Notes: a model not told the origin generated them from the letters alone. DNA of 64,000 bases from Nitrososphaerales archaeon (GCA_965197925.1 CBDAOC010000015.1:1-64000), one strand, 5' to 3'; shown: positions 20,095 through 32,170, counted from the stretch's first letter. Made by a program: numbers and translations.

Positions 20095-21573
20095 ATGTTG
20101 TATAATAATTTTCATAGGGTAGTAATGTTAGCATTAACCCTAGGAGCACTCATTGGCGTTATTGTGATACCTGCGTCAGCCGAACAAATGGAAGATATTT
20201 CTGTGGCTATGAAACATACAAAGAAGGTTACACTAGTAGCCGTGAATAACAATGGTGATGAACCAGTTTACGGTATTAAGATATCATCTAAAGGCGTAAG
20301 ATACATCAAGCTATGGGAATGGGATAGGGAAAGAATAGATAGGGCGACTGTTCTAGCATCGACTGATAAAAGACCAATAGACCCAGGCAGCAGCATGGTC
20401 GCGATTCTAATACTCAAAGACAAGGAAGCGCCATTCAGATGGGATGTTCTTGATGTAAAGGGCGATTTTCTCGCAGGTATGATGATTTCAAATCCACCAG
20501 AAATTTCAAAGCAGCCAGAAAGAAATCCTTTCAAACCAACTCAACTTTCAAGCAACGTAGTTCTTCATGGTGCGGGAGCAACCTTTCCTTTTCCTCTAAT
20601 CGATAAATGGAGAGTAGAATATTCAAATGTATTTGATAAAGTTGCCATTAACTACCAGTCCATAGGTAGTGGAGGGGGGGTAAAACAGTTCTCTATTAGG
20701 ACGGTTGACTTTGGAGCAACCGATGCCCCACTAAAGTCTGAACAGTTTGAAGCACTCAAAGATCCAATTCATATACCAATAGCATTAGGTGCAGTTGCGG
20801 TCACATACAACATACCCAAAGGAGATGGCATCCAGATAGAAAATGGGCTTAAGATGAGCCCTGATATCGTTGCGGATATCTTTCTAGGCAAAATTAGCAA
20901 ATGGGACGATACTAGAATAGCTACTTTGAATCCCGATATCGTGTTTCCAGATGAGAATATTATTGTAACACATAGATCTGATGGATCAGGCACAACATTT
21001 GTCTTAACTGACTACTTGTCTACCGTAAGCAAGGAATGGGAGGATATAGTAGGCAAAGGAAAAGCAGTCCAATGGCCTACTGGTATCGGCGCTGCTGGTA
21101 ATGAAGGAGTAGCTAGTGTTGTTAGGAGCACACCATATTCACTTGGATATGTAGAACTTGCATATGTAACACAGACAGGCATGTCCGCTGTAGCATTACA
21201 GAACCAGGAGGGTGAATTCATACTTCCATCACTTGATTCAGCCGGGAGGGCAGCTGGTAATGCTGTGACTGAATTACCAAAACCATGGGAGGATTGGTCG
21301 AAAGTCAGTATAGTGAATGCTCCGGGAAGTGATTCATATCCAATTACAACCTTCACCTATTTGATCCTATATTCAGACCTTAGTGAGATTCCGAGTATGA
21401 CTTTTGAAGAGGGACAGGCAATGGTTGATTTCATATACTGGGCCGTTACTGATGGGCAGAGATTTTCATCGGCACTGCAGTATGTGCCTTTACCAGAAGA
21501 AGTTGTACAAATGAACATTGAAGCGCTGAAAAGATTACACATAAGCGGAACAACATTTAAAATACCAGGTTAG
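20095..21573 (+). CDS. pstS: Phosphate ABC transporter substrate-binding protein with extra N-terminal domain
   Basis: GAGATFPFP, YQSIGSGGG, DFGATD, RSDGSGTT. Confidence 0.95.
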   Translation: MLYNNFHRVVMLALTLGALIGVIVIPASAEQMEDISVAMKHTKKVTLVAVNNNGDEPVYGIKISSKGVRYIKLWEWDRERIDRATVLASTDKRPIDPGSSMVAILILKDKEAPFRWDVLDVKGDFLAGMMISNPPEISKQPERNPFKPTQLSSNVVLHGAGATFPFPLIDKWRVEYSNVFDKVAINYQSIGSGGGVKQFSIRTVDFGATDAPLKSEQFEALKDPIHIPIALGAVAVTYNIPKGDGIQIENGLKMSPDIVADIFLGKISKWDDTRIATLNPDIVFPDENIIVTHRSDGSGTTFVLTDYLSTVSKEWEDIVGKGKAVQWPTGIGAAGNEGVASVVRSTPYSLGYVELAYVTQTGMSAVALQNQEGEFILPSLDSAGRAAGNAVTELPKPWEDWSKVSIVNAPGSDSYPITTFTYLILYSDLSEIPSMTFEEGQAMVDFIYWAVTDGQRFSSALQYVPLPEEVVQMNIEALKRLHISGTTFKIPG

Positions 21574-21580
21574 ATGTTGA

Positions 21581-22549
21581 ATGCCCTCAATTTTTTCCGC
21601 TTCAAGACGTAAGAGCTTATTTAATTTTGATCGTGTCTTCAAATGGGTGGCCGCTGGGGCAGCTGCATACGTACTGGCTGTAATAATTATAATGGTTCTA
21701 GAAATATCAATTGGTTCTGAACCGGTTCTTTCTAAATTTGGTTTTGATTTTTTGATTGGTACTGACTGGAATCCAGTGAAGGATGTGTATGGAGCACTTC
21801 CTTATGTGCTTGGTACCCTGGTAACGGCCGGTATTGCAATGTTAATCGGTGTACCCATCAGCATAGGGATAGCAATGTATTTGGTAGAGATGGCTCCCAA
21901 AAAAGTTAGAACTTTTCTTTCCTTTTTGGTAGAACTTCTAGCCGCAGTTCCAAGTGTAATTTATGGACTATGGGGTCTGTTTGTATTGAGGTTTTGGATC
22001 AAGGACTACATAGAGGTACCACTTGGTGATTATCTTGGATTCATACCACTATTTTCAAGTTCTGGTACACCCTTAGGTCTCAATGTTCTTACTGCTGGTA
22101 TCATACTAGCAATAATGATCATCCCCACTGTATCTGCGGTTTCAAGAGAGGTCATTTCTGCTGTACCCTCTGCACAGAGAGAAGCAGGTTTTGCGATCGG
22201 TGCCACAAAATGGGAAGTGTTCAGACATGCAGTTATTCCGTACGGTAGGTCGGGTCTCTTCGGGGCATCTATATTGGGTTTAGGTAGAGCTGTGGGAGAA
22301 ACTATGGCAGTAACGATGGTCATAGGGAATGCGATAGGTTTGGCTGCTTTGCCTATATCGCTGTTAGAACCGGGTCAGACAATGGCTAGCATTATTGCAA
22401 ATGAGTTTAATGAAGCAGATCCCTTTACTTTACATCCTTCTGCACTAATAGGAATTGGATTGGTTCTGTTCATCGTAGCTATGGCAATCAACACAGTTGC
22501 GTCATTCATGATCTCCAAAATGGTAAAGACAAGAGGTAGCGTGGAATGA
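21581..22549 (+). CDS. pstC: Phosphate ABC transporter permease
   Basis: ELLAAVPSVIYGLWG, GRAVGETMAV. Confidence 0.95.
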   Translation: MPSIFSASRRKSLFNFDRVFKWVAAGAAAYVLAVIIIMVLEISIGSEPVLSKFGFDFLIGTDWNPVKDVYGALPYVLGTLVTAGIAMLIGVPISIGIAMYLVEMAPKKVRTFLSFLVELLAAVPSVIYGLWGLFVLRFWIKDYIEVPLGDYLGFIPLFSSSGTPLGLNVLTAGIILAIMIIPTVSAVSREVISAVPSAQREAGFAIGATKWEVFRHAVIPYGRSGLFGASILGLGRAVGETMAVTMVIGNAIGLAALPISLLEPGQTMASIIANEFNEADPFTLHPSALIGIGLVLFIVAMAINTVASFMISKMVKTRGSVE

Positions 22550-23430
22550 CTAGAGAGGAAGATATGAAAGAAAAATTTGGAGGTAACCTAAAGCGCAGAA
22601 TGCTTGTAGACAAGATGTTTCGTATAGGTGCATTTGTGTGTGTTGTAATAGCCATCATACCATTGGGAAGCATTTTGATAGAGGTTTTCAAGAATGGTGC
22701 TGTAGCACTAAGCCTCGAGTTTATTACTGCACCACCGGGCTCGGTGGGAGAGGGTACAGGTGGAATAGGACCTTCTATACAAGGTACTATGATCTTGATA
22801 GGATTGGCTTCAGTAATGGGGGTGCCAGCAGGTGTAATGACAGGAATTTATTTGTCTGAGTTTGGCAATAACAAATTCGCCAGAACTGTCAGGTTCTTCA
22901 ACGATGTTTTGACATCATTTCCCTCAATAGTTATCGGAATATTTGCGTTTACGATAATTGTAATGACTATGGGATCGTTCTCCGCTTGGGCGGGTGCGTT
23001 TGCCCTATCAATCATAATGCTACCAGTTGTAGCTCGTACAACAGAGGAATCTCTAAAGCTTGTGCCACAGACAGTACGAGAAGCAGCACTCGCGCTCGGC
23101 GTGCCACAGTGGAGAACGACGTTCAGTGTTTTACTAGCGACTGCAAAGAATGGCATGATAACAGGAGTGATGTTAGCCGTTGCGAGAATTGCTGGAGAGA
23201 CTGCCCCCCTAATCCTGACCATTTTGGGAAGTAGCCTTTTCCTGCAATCTCTTAATGAACCACTCGATGCAATCCCATTAAAGATCTGGAGGCTTTCATT
23301 GTTACCATATGATTATTCACAGATGCATGGATGGGGTGCGGCATTAATACTTATACTGCTAGTTCTAAGCTTGAATATTGGAGTAAGAATGGTTACGCGC
23401 AGGAGGTTGTTTGTGCATATTAGAAAATAA
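22546..23430 (+). CDS. pstA: Phosphate ABC transporter permease
   Basis: [18 protein letters not shown]. Confidence 0.95.
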   Translation: MTREEDMKEKFGGNLKRRMLVDKMFRIGAFVCVVIAIIPLGSILIEVFKNGAVALSLEFITAPPGSVGEGTGGIGPSIQGTMILIGLASVMGVPAGVMTGIYLSEFGNNKFARTVRFFNDVLTSFPSIVIGIFAFTIIVMTMGSFSAWAGAFALSIIMLPVVARTTEESLKLVPQTVREAALALGVPQWRTTFSVLLATAKNGMITGVMLAVARIAGETAPLILTILGSSLFLQSLNEPLDAIPLKIWRLSLLPYDYSQMHGWGAALILILLVLSLNIGVRMVTRRRLFVHIRK

Positions 23431-24259
23431 GAGGATGACCATTAAATCTGAAATTCTTCAAAAGGAGGAAATAGAGCCTGCCGATCCAGAATTAATTCAT
23501 AGGAGGTATAAGGTGGTTCTAGAAAACTTTAGTGCCTACTATAGTGGAAAACCTGCGGTTAAGGACATAAGCATGAAGATAAAAAAGAATTCTGTTACAG
23601 CAATAATAGGCCCTTCTGGGTGTGGTAAAACAACCCTTATCAGGTGTTTCAACAGATTGCATGAACTGGTTAATGGTTCTTCAATCAGCGGGAGGTTGCT
23701 AGTAGATGGACACAATATCTATGATAATAACACTAATCCCATTGCCGTCAGGAGAAAGATCGGCATGGTATTTCAGAAACCTAATCCATTTCCAACCATG
23801 AGTATTTATGATAATGTTGCTGCAGGGTTGAAACTGAGCGGAATGAAGAAAAGGCATAAACTTGATGAGATAGTCAGAAGATGCCTTGAGATGGGGGCTT
23901 TATGGGATGAGGTTAAAGATGATCTTGATAAGCCCGGCCTTAGCTTGTCTGGTGGGCAACAGCAAAGATTGTGTATTGCTAGAGCATTAGCGACAGAACC
24001 TGAAGTTTTGTGCATGGATGAGCCAGCATCAGCTCTTGATCCTATATCCACTGCAAAGATAGAGCAGCTGATAGACATATTGAAACATGAATACACAATA
24101 GTTATGGTGACACATAATATGCAGCAGGCTGCAAGAGTTTCCGATCACACGGCATTTCTTTATCTTGGAAAGCTTATTGAATACAATCCTACGAAAGTAA
24201 TCTTCGAGAGCCCAATCGAGAAACTAACTGAAGACTATATTAGTGGTAGATTTGGTTGA
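23411..24259 (+). CDS. pstB: Phosphate ABC transporter ATPase
   Basis: [39 protein letters not shown]. Confidence 0.95.
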   Translation: MCILENKRMTIKSEILQKEEIEPADPELIHRRYKVVLENFSAYYSGKPAVKDISMKIKKNSVTAIIGPSGCGKTTLIRCFNRLHELVNGSSISGRLLVDGHNIYDNNTNPIAVRRKIGMVFQKPNPFPTMSIYDNVAAGLKLSGMKKRHKLDEIVRRCLEMGALWDEVKDDLDKPGLSLSGGQQQRLCIARALATEPEVLCMDEPASALDPISTAKIEQLIDILKHEYTIVMVTHNMQQAARVSDHTAFLYLGKLIEYNPTKVIFESPIEKLTEDYISGRFG

Positions 24260-24273
24260 TCTAGGAGGCCACC

Positions 24274-24906
24274 TTGGTACGTAGACTAATGGATCTAGGT
24301 CTTAACAACCTTACCAATCTCGTTCATGAGATGGCCATGTTGTCAGAAGACTGTGTAAGCACAGCAATCGGAGCATATCTTTCAGGTAAGAATGTCGTTA
24401 GTTCCATTTTCAGTGAATCGAATAGACTTGCTATTCTACAAGAGGAAGTTAACGACCTTGCCGTTGAGCTTTTTATAAGGTATCAACCGGTAGCAACGGA
24501 CTTGAGATTCATCAGATCCTGTCAGGAAATAGCATATGGATTTGCAAGGTTTGGAAGATACGCTTACGACATCTCACAGGTCAGAGACCAATTTGGTGAA
24601 GTTTCCCACTGTGATCATTCTATGCTTTCTACGACAGCAGATTCAGTTAAGGAGATGATTCGCAACAGCATTATGGCACTTCGCGAGAAGAATATCAAAA
24701 TGGCCGAAGAACTCAGGGTAGTAGATAACGTTGTCGATGCATCTTATTTGCAATATCTTAAAGAGATTCAAGAGAAGCAGACGGAAATGAAATGCGCTAT
24801 ATCAAATATTCTCATTTTGCGTTACTTAGAAAGAATAGCTGATCATGCTGTATCCATTGGTGATTTGGTGAAGTATATAATCAGTGGTGAAAAAGCACAT
24901 CCATGA
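24274..24906 (+). CDS. phoU: Phosphate signalling protein PhoU
   Basis: YQPVATDLR, RYLERIADHA. Confidence 0.9.
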   Translation: MVRRLMDLGLNNLTNLVHEMAMLSEDCVSTAIGAYLSGKNVVSSIFSESNRLAILQEEVNDLAVELFIRYQPVATDLRFIRSCQEIAYGFARFGRYAYDISQVRDQFGEVSHCDHSMLSTTADSVKEMIRNSIMALREKNIKMAEELRVVDNVVDASYLQYLKEIQEKQTEMKCAISNILILRYLERIADHAVSIGDLVKYIISGEKAHP

Positions 24907-25244
24907 TTTGTTAACGCTATTCATCCTTCATTTTTTGCAAGCAGTTATTGCTTCTAGATCAATATCCAATTCTCTTCTCTTACGGGGTCACTGGATTCAT
25001 ACAAAACAAATAACATTACAAATAACAGTACAAGTATCTTAACTAAACTTGAGAATCCTCATTTTTCACATTTTAAATCTTGTTTAGACTCATTTTTTCT
25101 AATAATCATGCGCGTCAAAAACGCAACAACGTTTGGTATCTGTTACTTTACCCTTTGACTAAATTAACTTCTTTAAGACCATTGTCTCATTAAAACCATC
25201 AATAATAGCTAGAATTTTTAAATTATGTAAAATATTTCTTAAAC

Positions 25245-25727
25245 ATGAATTCGGCCAGTATAGGTAATTTTTTCAACAAATATAGAGATTATTTCCTCTT
25301 CAACAAGAATCTGATCTTATCTGGCACGAGCGCATCTTTTGTAGGTGCCTTTGTTGCCCAGCTTTATGCTTCTCTTAACACCAATGCACTTGCAAATTCT
25401 ATTGTTGCTTTGGTAACAGAGTACGGAATTTACATTCCTTTCTTCGCATTTCTTTTCTATTGGGATAATAAGCATCGATATTTAGATCCTATAACAGGAA
25501 AAAAGAATTCCAAGAGAATAAGAAATGACATTAAGAAACTATTTGCCGCCTTTTCCTTTTCTGAAATAATATTTGCAATCACAAGGACTTTTATCCATTA
25601 TGAATTTCTGCAAGAAGGTATTGAGCCTTATCAGGCATCTATGATTGCTTCATTGATAGCATGGATAGTCTTTTTTGCCTCTATCAATGCTGGAATAAGG
25701 ATTCTAAAGTTGTTCCATAAGACCTGA
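25245..25727 (+). CDS. Hypothetical membrane protein (possibly GtrA-like)
   Basis: 160-aa ORF with about four hydrophobic segments. Confidence 0.55.
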   Translation: MNSASIGNFFNKYRDYFLFNKNLILSGTSASFVGAFVAQLYASLNTNALANSIVALVTEYGIYIPFFAFLFYWDNKHRYLDPITGKKNSKRIRNDIKKLFAAFSFSEIIFAITRTFIHYEFLQEGIEPYQASMIASLIAWIVFFASINAGIRILKLFHKT

Positions 25728-26093
25728 TAAATGAGGTTGAAATGAACTATAATTATGCCACCAATAATGTCATTAACTATCAATAATTGCACATTAGCAA
25801 AAGATAAATTCCATTCCAATAATATATATAATTGAAATAAATGTGGATAACGGATTTACGTAACAGGTAGTCTGAATACCTTCTCTGACAAAGCGTTCCA
25901 TCATAAAATAGATTAACTATGATCAAGACTTAAGAAGATGGGCTTGGCGGATATGTTGTTTGAATTATGAATATAGAGTTCCAATAATGATGATATCATA
26001 ATTGATAAGAAAATGGATTACAAAATAATTTCAGATTACCATAAGGCAAAATATTTCAACAATCATGACAAGTACAATTAGAGAATCCTGTTT

Positions 26094-26399
26094 TTAATCA
26101 AACCTCACTGGGCGTAACACCCCAATATCACTAATATAGAAAATAATAGCATAATTTGGTGAGAGCTTGCTGAAAATTTCTTCTACTATATCCTGTAATT
26201 TATTTTCCTTTAACACTACCTCAATCCTCACATTCTTTTCACGCAGGAAACCCTGTCCCCTAAGTCCTCTCGGATCATGCCCTTCTACCTCATATGTAGT
26301 ATATCCAGACACTTGATGTTTAATGAGAATTTCAAACACTTTTTTTTGTACAAGTGCTTCACATGTTATTGTAAGTAATTTTACATTATAGAGTTTCAT
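26094..26399 (-). CDS. sbtB: SbtB-type PII-like regulator
   Basis: KLLTITCE..., GYTTYEVEG...NVRIEVV, VLRP..F; directly downstream of sbtA. Confidence 0.8.
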   Translation of the reverse strand: MKLYNVKLLTITCEALVQKKVFEILIKHQVSGYTTYEVEGHDPRGLRGQGFLREKNVRIEVVLKENKLQDIVEEIFSKLSPNYAIIFYISDIGVLRPVRFD

Positions 26400-26443
26400 T
26401 AGAATACTTCCTTAAAGTAATAAAATAAGTCTATCGTTCCATC

Positions 26444-27511
26444 TTACCCATGAATAAAAGTTGATATAATGAACATTATAGGTAACAACACTACGATATT
26501 GTAAGGAAATGTAATTCCTAACGCAGAGGTAATGTACAGACTAGGCTTTGCCTGGGGTATCGCATATCTCAAGACGGCAGGAGCTGCTATGAACGATGCA
26601 CTTGCAAGTAACAAACCATACATTACTGCCCCTCCTACACTTAGTCCGAGTAAAGTGGATACAAAAACACCCATGATTCCATTTATGGTTGGAATTATCA
26701 CTGAAAAACCTACCAAAAACACACCTACTTTCTTAATGTCATCTAATCTCCGACCTGCAATTAATCCCATTTCGATTAGAAAGATAACGATGGCGCCCGT
26801 AAATAGATCATCAAAAACAATCTTTATGGATTCAAATCCCTCTTTACCTATAACATATCCAATTACAATACTTCCAAGTAAAATGACTATGGCCTTCCCA
26901 GTGATTGATTGGTGTATTACTTCAGATAGTTTTGTATTGGGTGATTCAGATTCAATATTACTTAATTCCTCATCTGTATCAATTTCTTTCTTCATTACCC
27001 CAACATTCTTGGCAAATGCTTGTTTTTTTTCCCGCATCTGTTTTGCTACTGTGATGTTCGTCAAAAATATCGCTAAGATGAAACTTACAGGTTCTAACAC
27101 TGCCAATATTGCAGCAATATACCCCTCTGATTCAACACCTTGAGTTCTTAAGAAGGATATACCTACAGAAAATGTTATGGCACCTACAGCACCGTATGTG
27201 GATGCTAATGCATACGAATCAAATATATTGAATTTCCCAAGTCTCCTCAGGATCTGATAGTGATAAAGTGTCATAAGTAGTGATAAGCCAATAGCAACCA
27301 ACATTGGAATTAACATGTTGACAAAACCAGTAATTCTCATCTCTATTCCACCATGAAGACCAATAGCAGCAAGAAGATATATTGGCAAAAATTCCGATAT
27401 TGCATCTGGAATTTTAAGGTCAGACTTTATTCGTGCAGCCACTATTCCAAAAAAGAAAAATAATACAATGGGAGTTAGAATATTTGATTGAATTAACGCT
27501 AGTATATCCAT
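26444..27511 (-). CDS. sbtA: Sodium-dependent bicarbonate transporter
   Basis: KSDLKIP, YLLAAIGLHGG, FLIEMGL.AG, ASASFIAAPA, SALGITFPYN. Confidence 0.9.
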   Translation of the reverse strand: MDILALIQSNILTPIVLFFFFGIVAARIKSDLKIPDAISEFLPIYLLAAIGLHGGIEMRITGFVNMLIPMLVAIGLSLLMTLYHYQILRRLGKFNIFDSYALASTYGAVGAITFSVGISFLRTQGVESEGYIAAILAVLEPVSFILAIFLTNITVAKQMREKKQAFAKNVGVMKKEIDTDEELSNIESESPNTKLSEVIHQSITGKAIVILLGSIVIGYVIGKEGFESIKIVFDDLFTGAIVIFLIEMGLIAGRRLDDIKKVGVFLVGFSVIIPTINGIMGVFVSTLLGLSVGGAVMYGLLLASASFIAAPAVLRYAIPQAKPSLYITSALGITFPYNIVVLLPIMFIISTFIHG

Positions 27512-27894
27512 TTTATCAACTCAGAATTCAAATCGTTATATTTTTCAAAAAATTGTTCTTCTGCGTTATGAGAACAAATTCTATAACCGTAAAAAGAATA
27601 TGTTTTTGTTTTTCCATACCAAATTGCTATTTTTTTTATCAAGTGCCTTAATAAAAAGAGTTCCCCACCTTGCAGGAACGAAAAGAAAGTTATCGCAAGG
27701 TCATTAAATTTTCAAACAATAATAAACTATATTCTAGGATTTTTCATAATTTACCAAATTGCTCATTTTAAGTCTGAAATCAATTTCCATGACAATAAAG
27801 AATGTTAACCCATAGGGATTACAAAAAAGAGGTAGATACTAACCAATAATGCATTAAGGTAATAATGAAATTAGGTTAAGAAAAAATTAGTTGA

Positions 27895-28464
27895 CTAGGG
27901 GCTGTCCGATATGTTGGCTTGGACGAAACGCGGTCCGCGATTGTTCACTCTTCTATAGTGAACAAATACTGCTTGTCCATCGGGAATTCTCTTACCAACA
28001 CGATCACCAGTGCTACTCACCGTAGTTGGGTTGCTCCCCCGAAGGTGGTCCTCCTGTGTGGTTATCAGTAGCCACAAATACAGTTACCTCGCCATTTGCA
28101 GTAGGGGGGGAACACCTGAAGATGGATATACGCTTATTGTGCGGTCTCGAGTCCCTCCAGTGGTATTTCTCCAAGCACGGTAAGCTGTGCAATTATTAAG
28201 TGTCTCACGATTTCGAGTTATTCCTATGACGCCACCAGAACCAGCTGCAAATGAAGTTGGCACCACCATTGGAATTCTAATATCCAAAGGTATAGAGGTT
28301 ATAGGGAATACCGTTGGTTCGGCAGATTCTGTGGGTAAATCTTCTACTATACCTAATTCATTAAAGGCATCCCGTATTGATTCTATTTCATAATTCTTCA
28401 GGAATCCTACGATCTTATTCACATCCGATTTTTCTTGTGTATAATACCTGTTACGCCTACTCAT
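27895..28464 (-). pseudogene. Hypothetical gene split by frameshift(s) at homopolymer runs
   Basis: Adjacent ORFs 28084-28464 and 27895-28077; G7 run (+ strand) near 28104. Confidence 0.4.
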
Positions 28465-28786
28465 TTATTGATTCAACTAGCATATCTTTGAGCAGTATAT
28501 TAGCTTTATTCTTACTCAGAGTATCAATGCATTATGGTTCGTAGTTCTGTCTTGGTCGTCAAGCTCATTGCCTTCAATTGCTAAAAGTTGAATTCAGGAG
28601 TTTTTCATCGAGATGGTGTTAATGATATTAATTAAAAATACAACATAGATGATATTAATCAAAAAATTGTACCAGTCTAACCTTTCTTTCTTCTACACCT
28701 AAGTTACAAAGTTGAGTAATCTCGAATCTAGGGAAATCCTGAAATTCAAGAAACGTTGTTTTCACACAAAATTGAATTTTATACAG

Positions 28787-30031
28787 CTAATTTACCGTTT
28801 CACAATGATGAATTAATTCACCGTTCTCACAAACATTATTCCCATCCATACCGTTGAGTCTATCATTCCTTTCTCTACCATCTAGATTATCATCATCATA
28901 GCCAGCAAAAAGCTGATCATCTCCAATCTCACCATACAATTCATCATTACCTGCCCCTGCGAATAATGTGTCGTCATTATCTCCACCATATAGTTGATCA
29001 TGACCATCATTTCCATAGACTCTATCAGCACCATTTTCTCCATCCAATATATCATCTCCTGATCCTCCAAATATCCTGTCATCACCATCTCTACCACAGA
29101 TTATATCATTGCCTCCTAGCCCTATGATTATATCATTTCCACCCCTTCCATCAATTATATCATCATCAGGCGTTCCAACTAGCTCATCATCACATTCCGT
29201 TCCCACTATAGTTGACCCTGTTAAATCACATTCACTTGTGTTTGTCTCGGTCTCTATCTCTACGATTGCTCCCCCCCCTCCTCTACACAATTTCTTATGG
29301 TTTCTGCTGAACACACATCATTCTCAGAATCTCCTCCATCTGCAAAATCATTCCCTTCGCCACCAATTAACGTATCATCATTCCATCCACCGTATAGGTT
29401 GTCATTACCAGGACCACCATCAAGATTATCATCACCCCAGCTCTCATGCAGTCTATCATTACCATCCTCACCAAATAGGAAGTCCGAACCGGTTACGCCA
29501 TAAAGGATATCATTACCATTGCCTCCATAGATGTAATCCGTATGTCTATCTCCGTCCAGTGTATCATCACCATCATCACCATACATTTCATCTATCTCTG
29601 GTCCACCAAGAAGATAATCGTCCCCTATCTCTCCATACATCTTATCTAAACCATTACCACCGAAGAGGGAATCGGCGTCTTCATCACCATAAAGTATGTC
29701 ATGCCCAAATGCACCACTAGATAATCCTCACTAGTTCCCCGAATAGAATATCATCTCCATGCCATCCATATATAGTATCATTTCCACCTTCACCACATAT
29801 TATGTCATTGCCTTCTTGACCATAAATGATATCATTGCCACCCATTCCACGTATGACATCTGGTCCATCTGTGCCATAAATCACATCATCTCCAGATGTC
29901 CCTACGATGATTACACTACTAAAACAGGCCATATTATGATTACTATATGCTTGGTGGGGAACGAGGGCAGATAGAAGAACAATTGATAAACAAAGAAACA
30001 TAACTTCCGGCATATGTTTTTGTACGATCAT
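28787..30031 (-). pseudogene. Secreted RTX/hemolysin-type calcium-binding repeat protein, frameshifted
   Basis: Signal peptide plus many GGxGxDxLx nonapeptides across ORFs 29717-30031, 29260-29640, 28787-29314. Confidence 0.85.
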
Positions 30032-30774
30032 CTTTTATAAGATGCCCAATATTCTTAATTGGTATTTGTCTGTGTGAGATAATACCAACCATATCTCTAT
30101 CAATACTAAATCAAAGAAAGAGTTGATAATCAGATGAAGTGTGAGTAACTTACCATAAGCGATTCCATAGTTTAAGTTTTGACCTATTGTATATTTTTCT
30201 TATTTTTTAATTAAAGAATCCAAATTACGTTTATCTATATCTTTGATTTTAACAGTGAAATTGAAGCTCAAAAGAAAATTGATATATTATTTTGTAAAAA
30301 CAGAGGGTCATAATGTCTTCATCACAAATCAAACGGTTCAACATTCCCTTCTTTCACTTTGGCAATCTGCTGTTGCAGATAATGTCCGTAAAAATAAATC
30401 CCTCACAAAACCTAGGATTCCCCCGGTCAAGGACACGATCTATAGATGCAGAGGCGGAACATAAATCGCATTTGGTGCCGGAGAATTTTTTGATGCAAGC
30501 TGTAACAGCTCACGTTTTGAATGACCAACAGAAACAGGTAGTACGAGACCCAAGCCTCAAAGGTGGAGTAAAACTGTACAAACTACCTACCTTCATATCT
30601 CTCCATTCAACAAACACCCTCACATCTCTCATTACATTGATTTCACTCTGGTTTGTTCACTACATAATCGGAGTATAGTCCTTATTCTTCTTCCGATTAA
30701 AGTTGGCATAATTATAATTTTAATGCTCTACATGATCTTTTATTCATGAGTTCGTTGAATAACACGAGCAGATA

Positions 30775-31260
30775 TCATAATATCTTCTCTATGAAGAATT
30801 CTTCTCTTATTTTGAATCTTGGTTCTGCCCCATATAGTATTTCATAAACCCTGTATGCATTATTACGAGTTGAATCGTATCCAATTTCAATTATTCTTCT
30901 GAATGTTTCCAGGTTGTGTTTGGCCAATATCGTGCCTATGCCCAACTTTCCTTCTTTAATATCAGCAACCACACCGCTGGGCATAGTTCTTACATCTATC
31001 TCAGTTATGGCATGTACGATATCGTCACCCCTTAACGATAAAACTACTTCTCGCTCAATCCTGTAATTCCTAACGATCTGTTTCTTCACTTCAACGGTAA
31101 TTGGAGAATCAAGCAAAATGCTCAACACTTGTTCTAAAGTCCCAACCTCTGCCAACAAGATTTTATGCGATTTTTTAAATTTAATGTTGGACTGCTCTTC
31201 CAATCTTTGCAAATGGAATATCATCTCCCTTCCAAAATCACCCTCGACCCTTATCTTCAT
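30775..31260 (-). CDS. Chorismate pyruvate-lyase-like (UbiC/DUF98) protein
   Basis: ILLAEVGTLEQVL, REVVL, GKLGIGTIL.KH.LETFR, YRVYEI, IREEF. Confidence 0.7.
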   Translation of the reverse strand: MKIRVEGDFGREMIFHLQRLEEQSNIKFKKSHKILLAEVGTLEQVLSILLDSPITVEVKKQIVRNYRIEREVVLSLRGDDIVHAITEIDVRTMPSGVVADIKEGKLGIGTILAKHNLETFRRIIEIGYDSTRNNAYRVYEILYGAEPRFKIREEFFIEKIL

Positions 31261-31994
31261 ATCATCAGCCCTCTAAGCACAAGAAGAATTACCGCAAGAG
31301 AAACTGTTCCCACACTCAAACCCTTCAAAATTTTTTCATGGTGATTCATTTTCTCTGTTAATTCCTCACGAGACAATGTTCCATTATAATTACCTCGCTT
31401 CAGTTCCTTATATGGTCTTGACGTTTTTATTTCAACATAACTGGTGAACCCTGTAGCGGCAGCGACTGCAACCGCAATTAATGACAGACTATTGGTCTGT
31501 ATTATATATCCAGCCAGTAATGGGAGAGCTCCCCAAGAAAATGCAAACCAGTGATCTGTATGAAACTTGCCACCAAACCATTCCACATTGTATGCGAATA
31601 TAAAGAAACCTTCAGCTATTGCCACCACCCATAGCATTGGTACGTAATATATCATATAGTAGATACCTATCGCGTATGCACTCACCAAAGTACCCAACGA
31701 CAAGAACCAAAGCTGTTTTTTATCAAAATAATTACCCCATGGTTTGGCTCTTCTAGAACCAATACTGTCCAGGGCATGAGCAGCAATTCCTAAAGCCAAA
31801 AAATAGATCAGGGCAATAGCAACAGTTCTATCCCAGAAAATTGTTGGGGCCAACATGGAACCTATTACTGTAAAAGAAATACACATCCCTGTATAGGGAA
31901 GGAAAAGTAATCCCATGAAAAGTCGGAACCTCAAGGGTCCAAACTTGGGTACGAACCACTCATTGATCCTTAAACTATCTTCTTCACCGGTCAT
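31257..31994 (-). CDS. UbiA-like integral membrane protein with degenerate Asp motif
   Basis: Multi-TM; PYTGM..., AAHALD, FAYN.E.FGG.FH, FSWGALP. Confidence 0.55.
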   Translation of the reverse strand: MTGEEDSLRINEWFVPKFGPLRFRLFMGLLFLPYTGMCISFTVIGSMLAPTIFWDRTVAIALIYFLALGIAAHALDSIGSRRAKPWGNYFDKKQLWFLSLGTLVSAYAIGIYYMIYYVPMLWVVAIAEGFFIFAYNVEWFGGKFHTDHWFAFSWGALPLLAGYIIQTNSLSLIAVAVAAATGFTSYVEIKTSRPYKELKRGNYNGTLSREELTEKMNHHEKILKGLSVGTVSLAVILLVLRGLMI

Positions 31995-32170
31995 TTACAT
32001 TACATTACTTATTGGTGTTTGAATAGTTTTACCCCATGGGCACCACACCTTGTTCAAATTGATGATAATTGGACTCACCAACGTTACTAGAGTAATAATA
32101 ACTACTAATACATATGAATCAACACCAAGAAATCAACTTATAATATTGTGGCAAATATTGTGAAAGTAAG

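Noticed and set aside
29109..29720. 203-aa Ser/His-rich + strand ORF
   Set aside because: Antisense shadow of the RTX repeats.
28787..30031. 27-bp periodicity as a CRISPR or non-coding array
   Set aside because: Explained by coding nonapeptide repeats; no constant repeat with unique spacers seen here or elsewhere.
30548..30557. CCCAAGCCTC, matching the first 10 bp of the DDE IS TIR
   Set aside because: No partner end, TSD or transposase remnant; likely chance.
30243..30678. Overlapping + strand ORFs of 73 and 121 aa
   Set aside because: No recognisable motifs; probably spurious or a decayed remnant.
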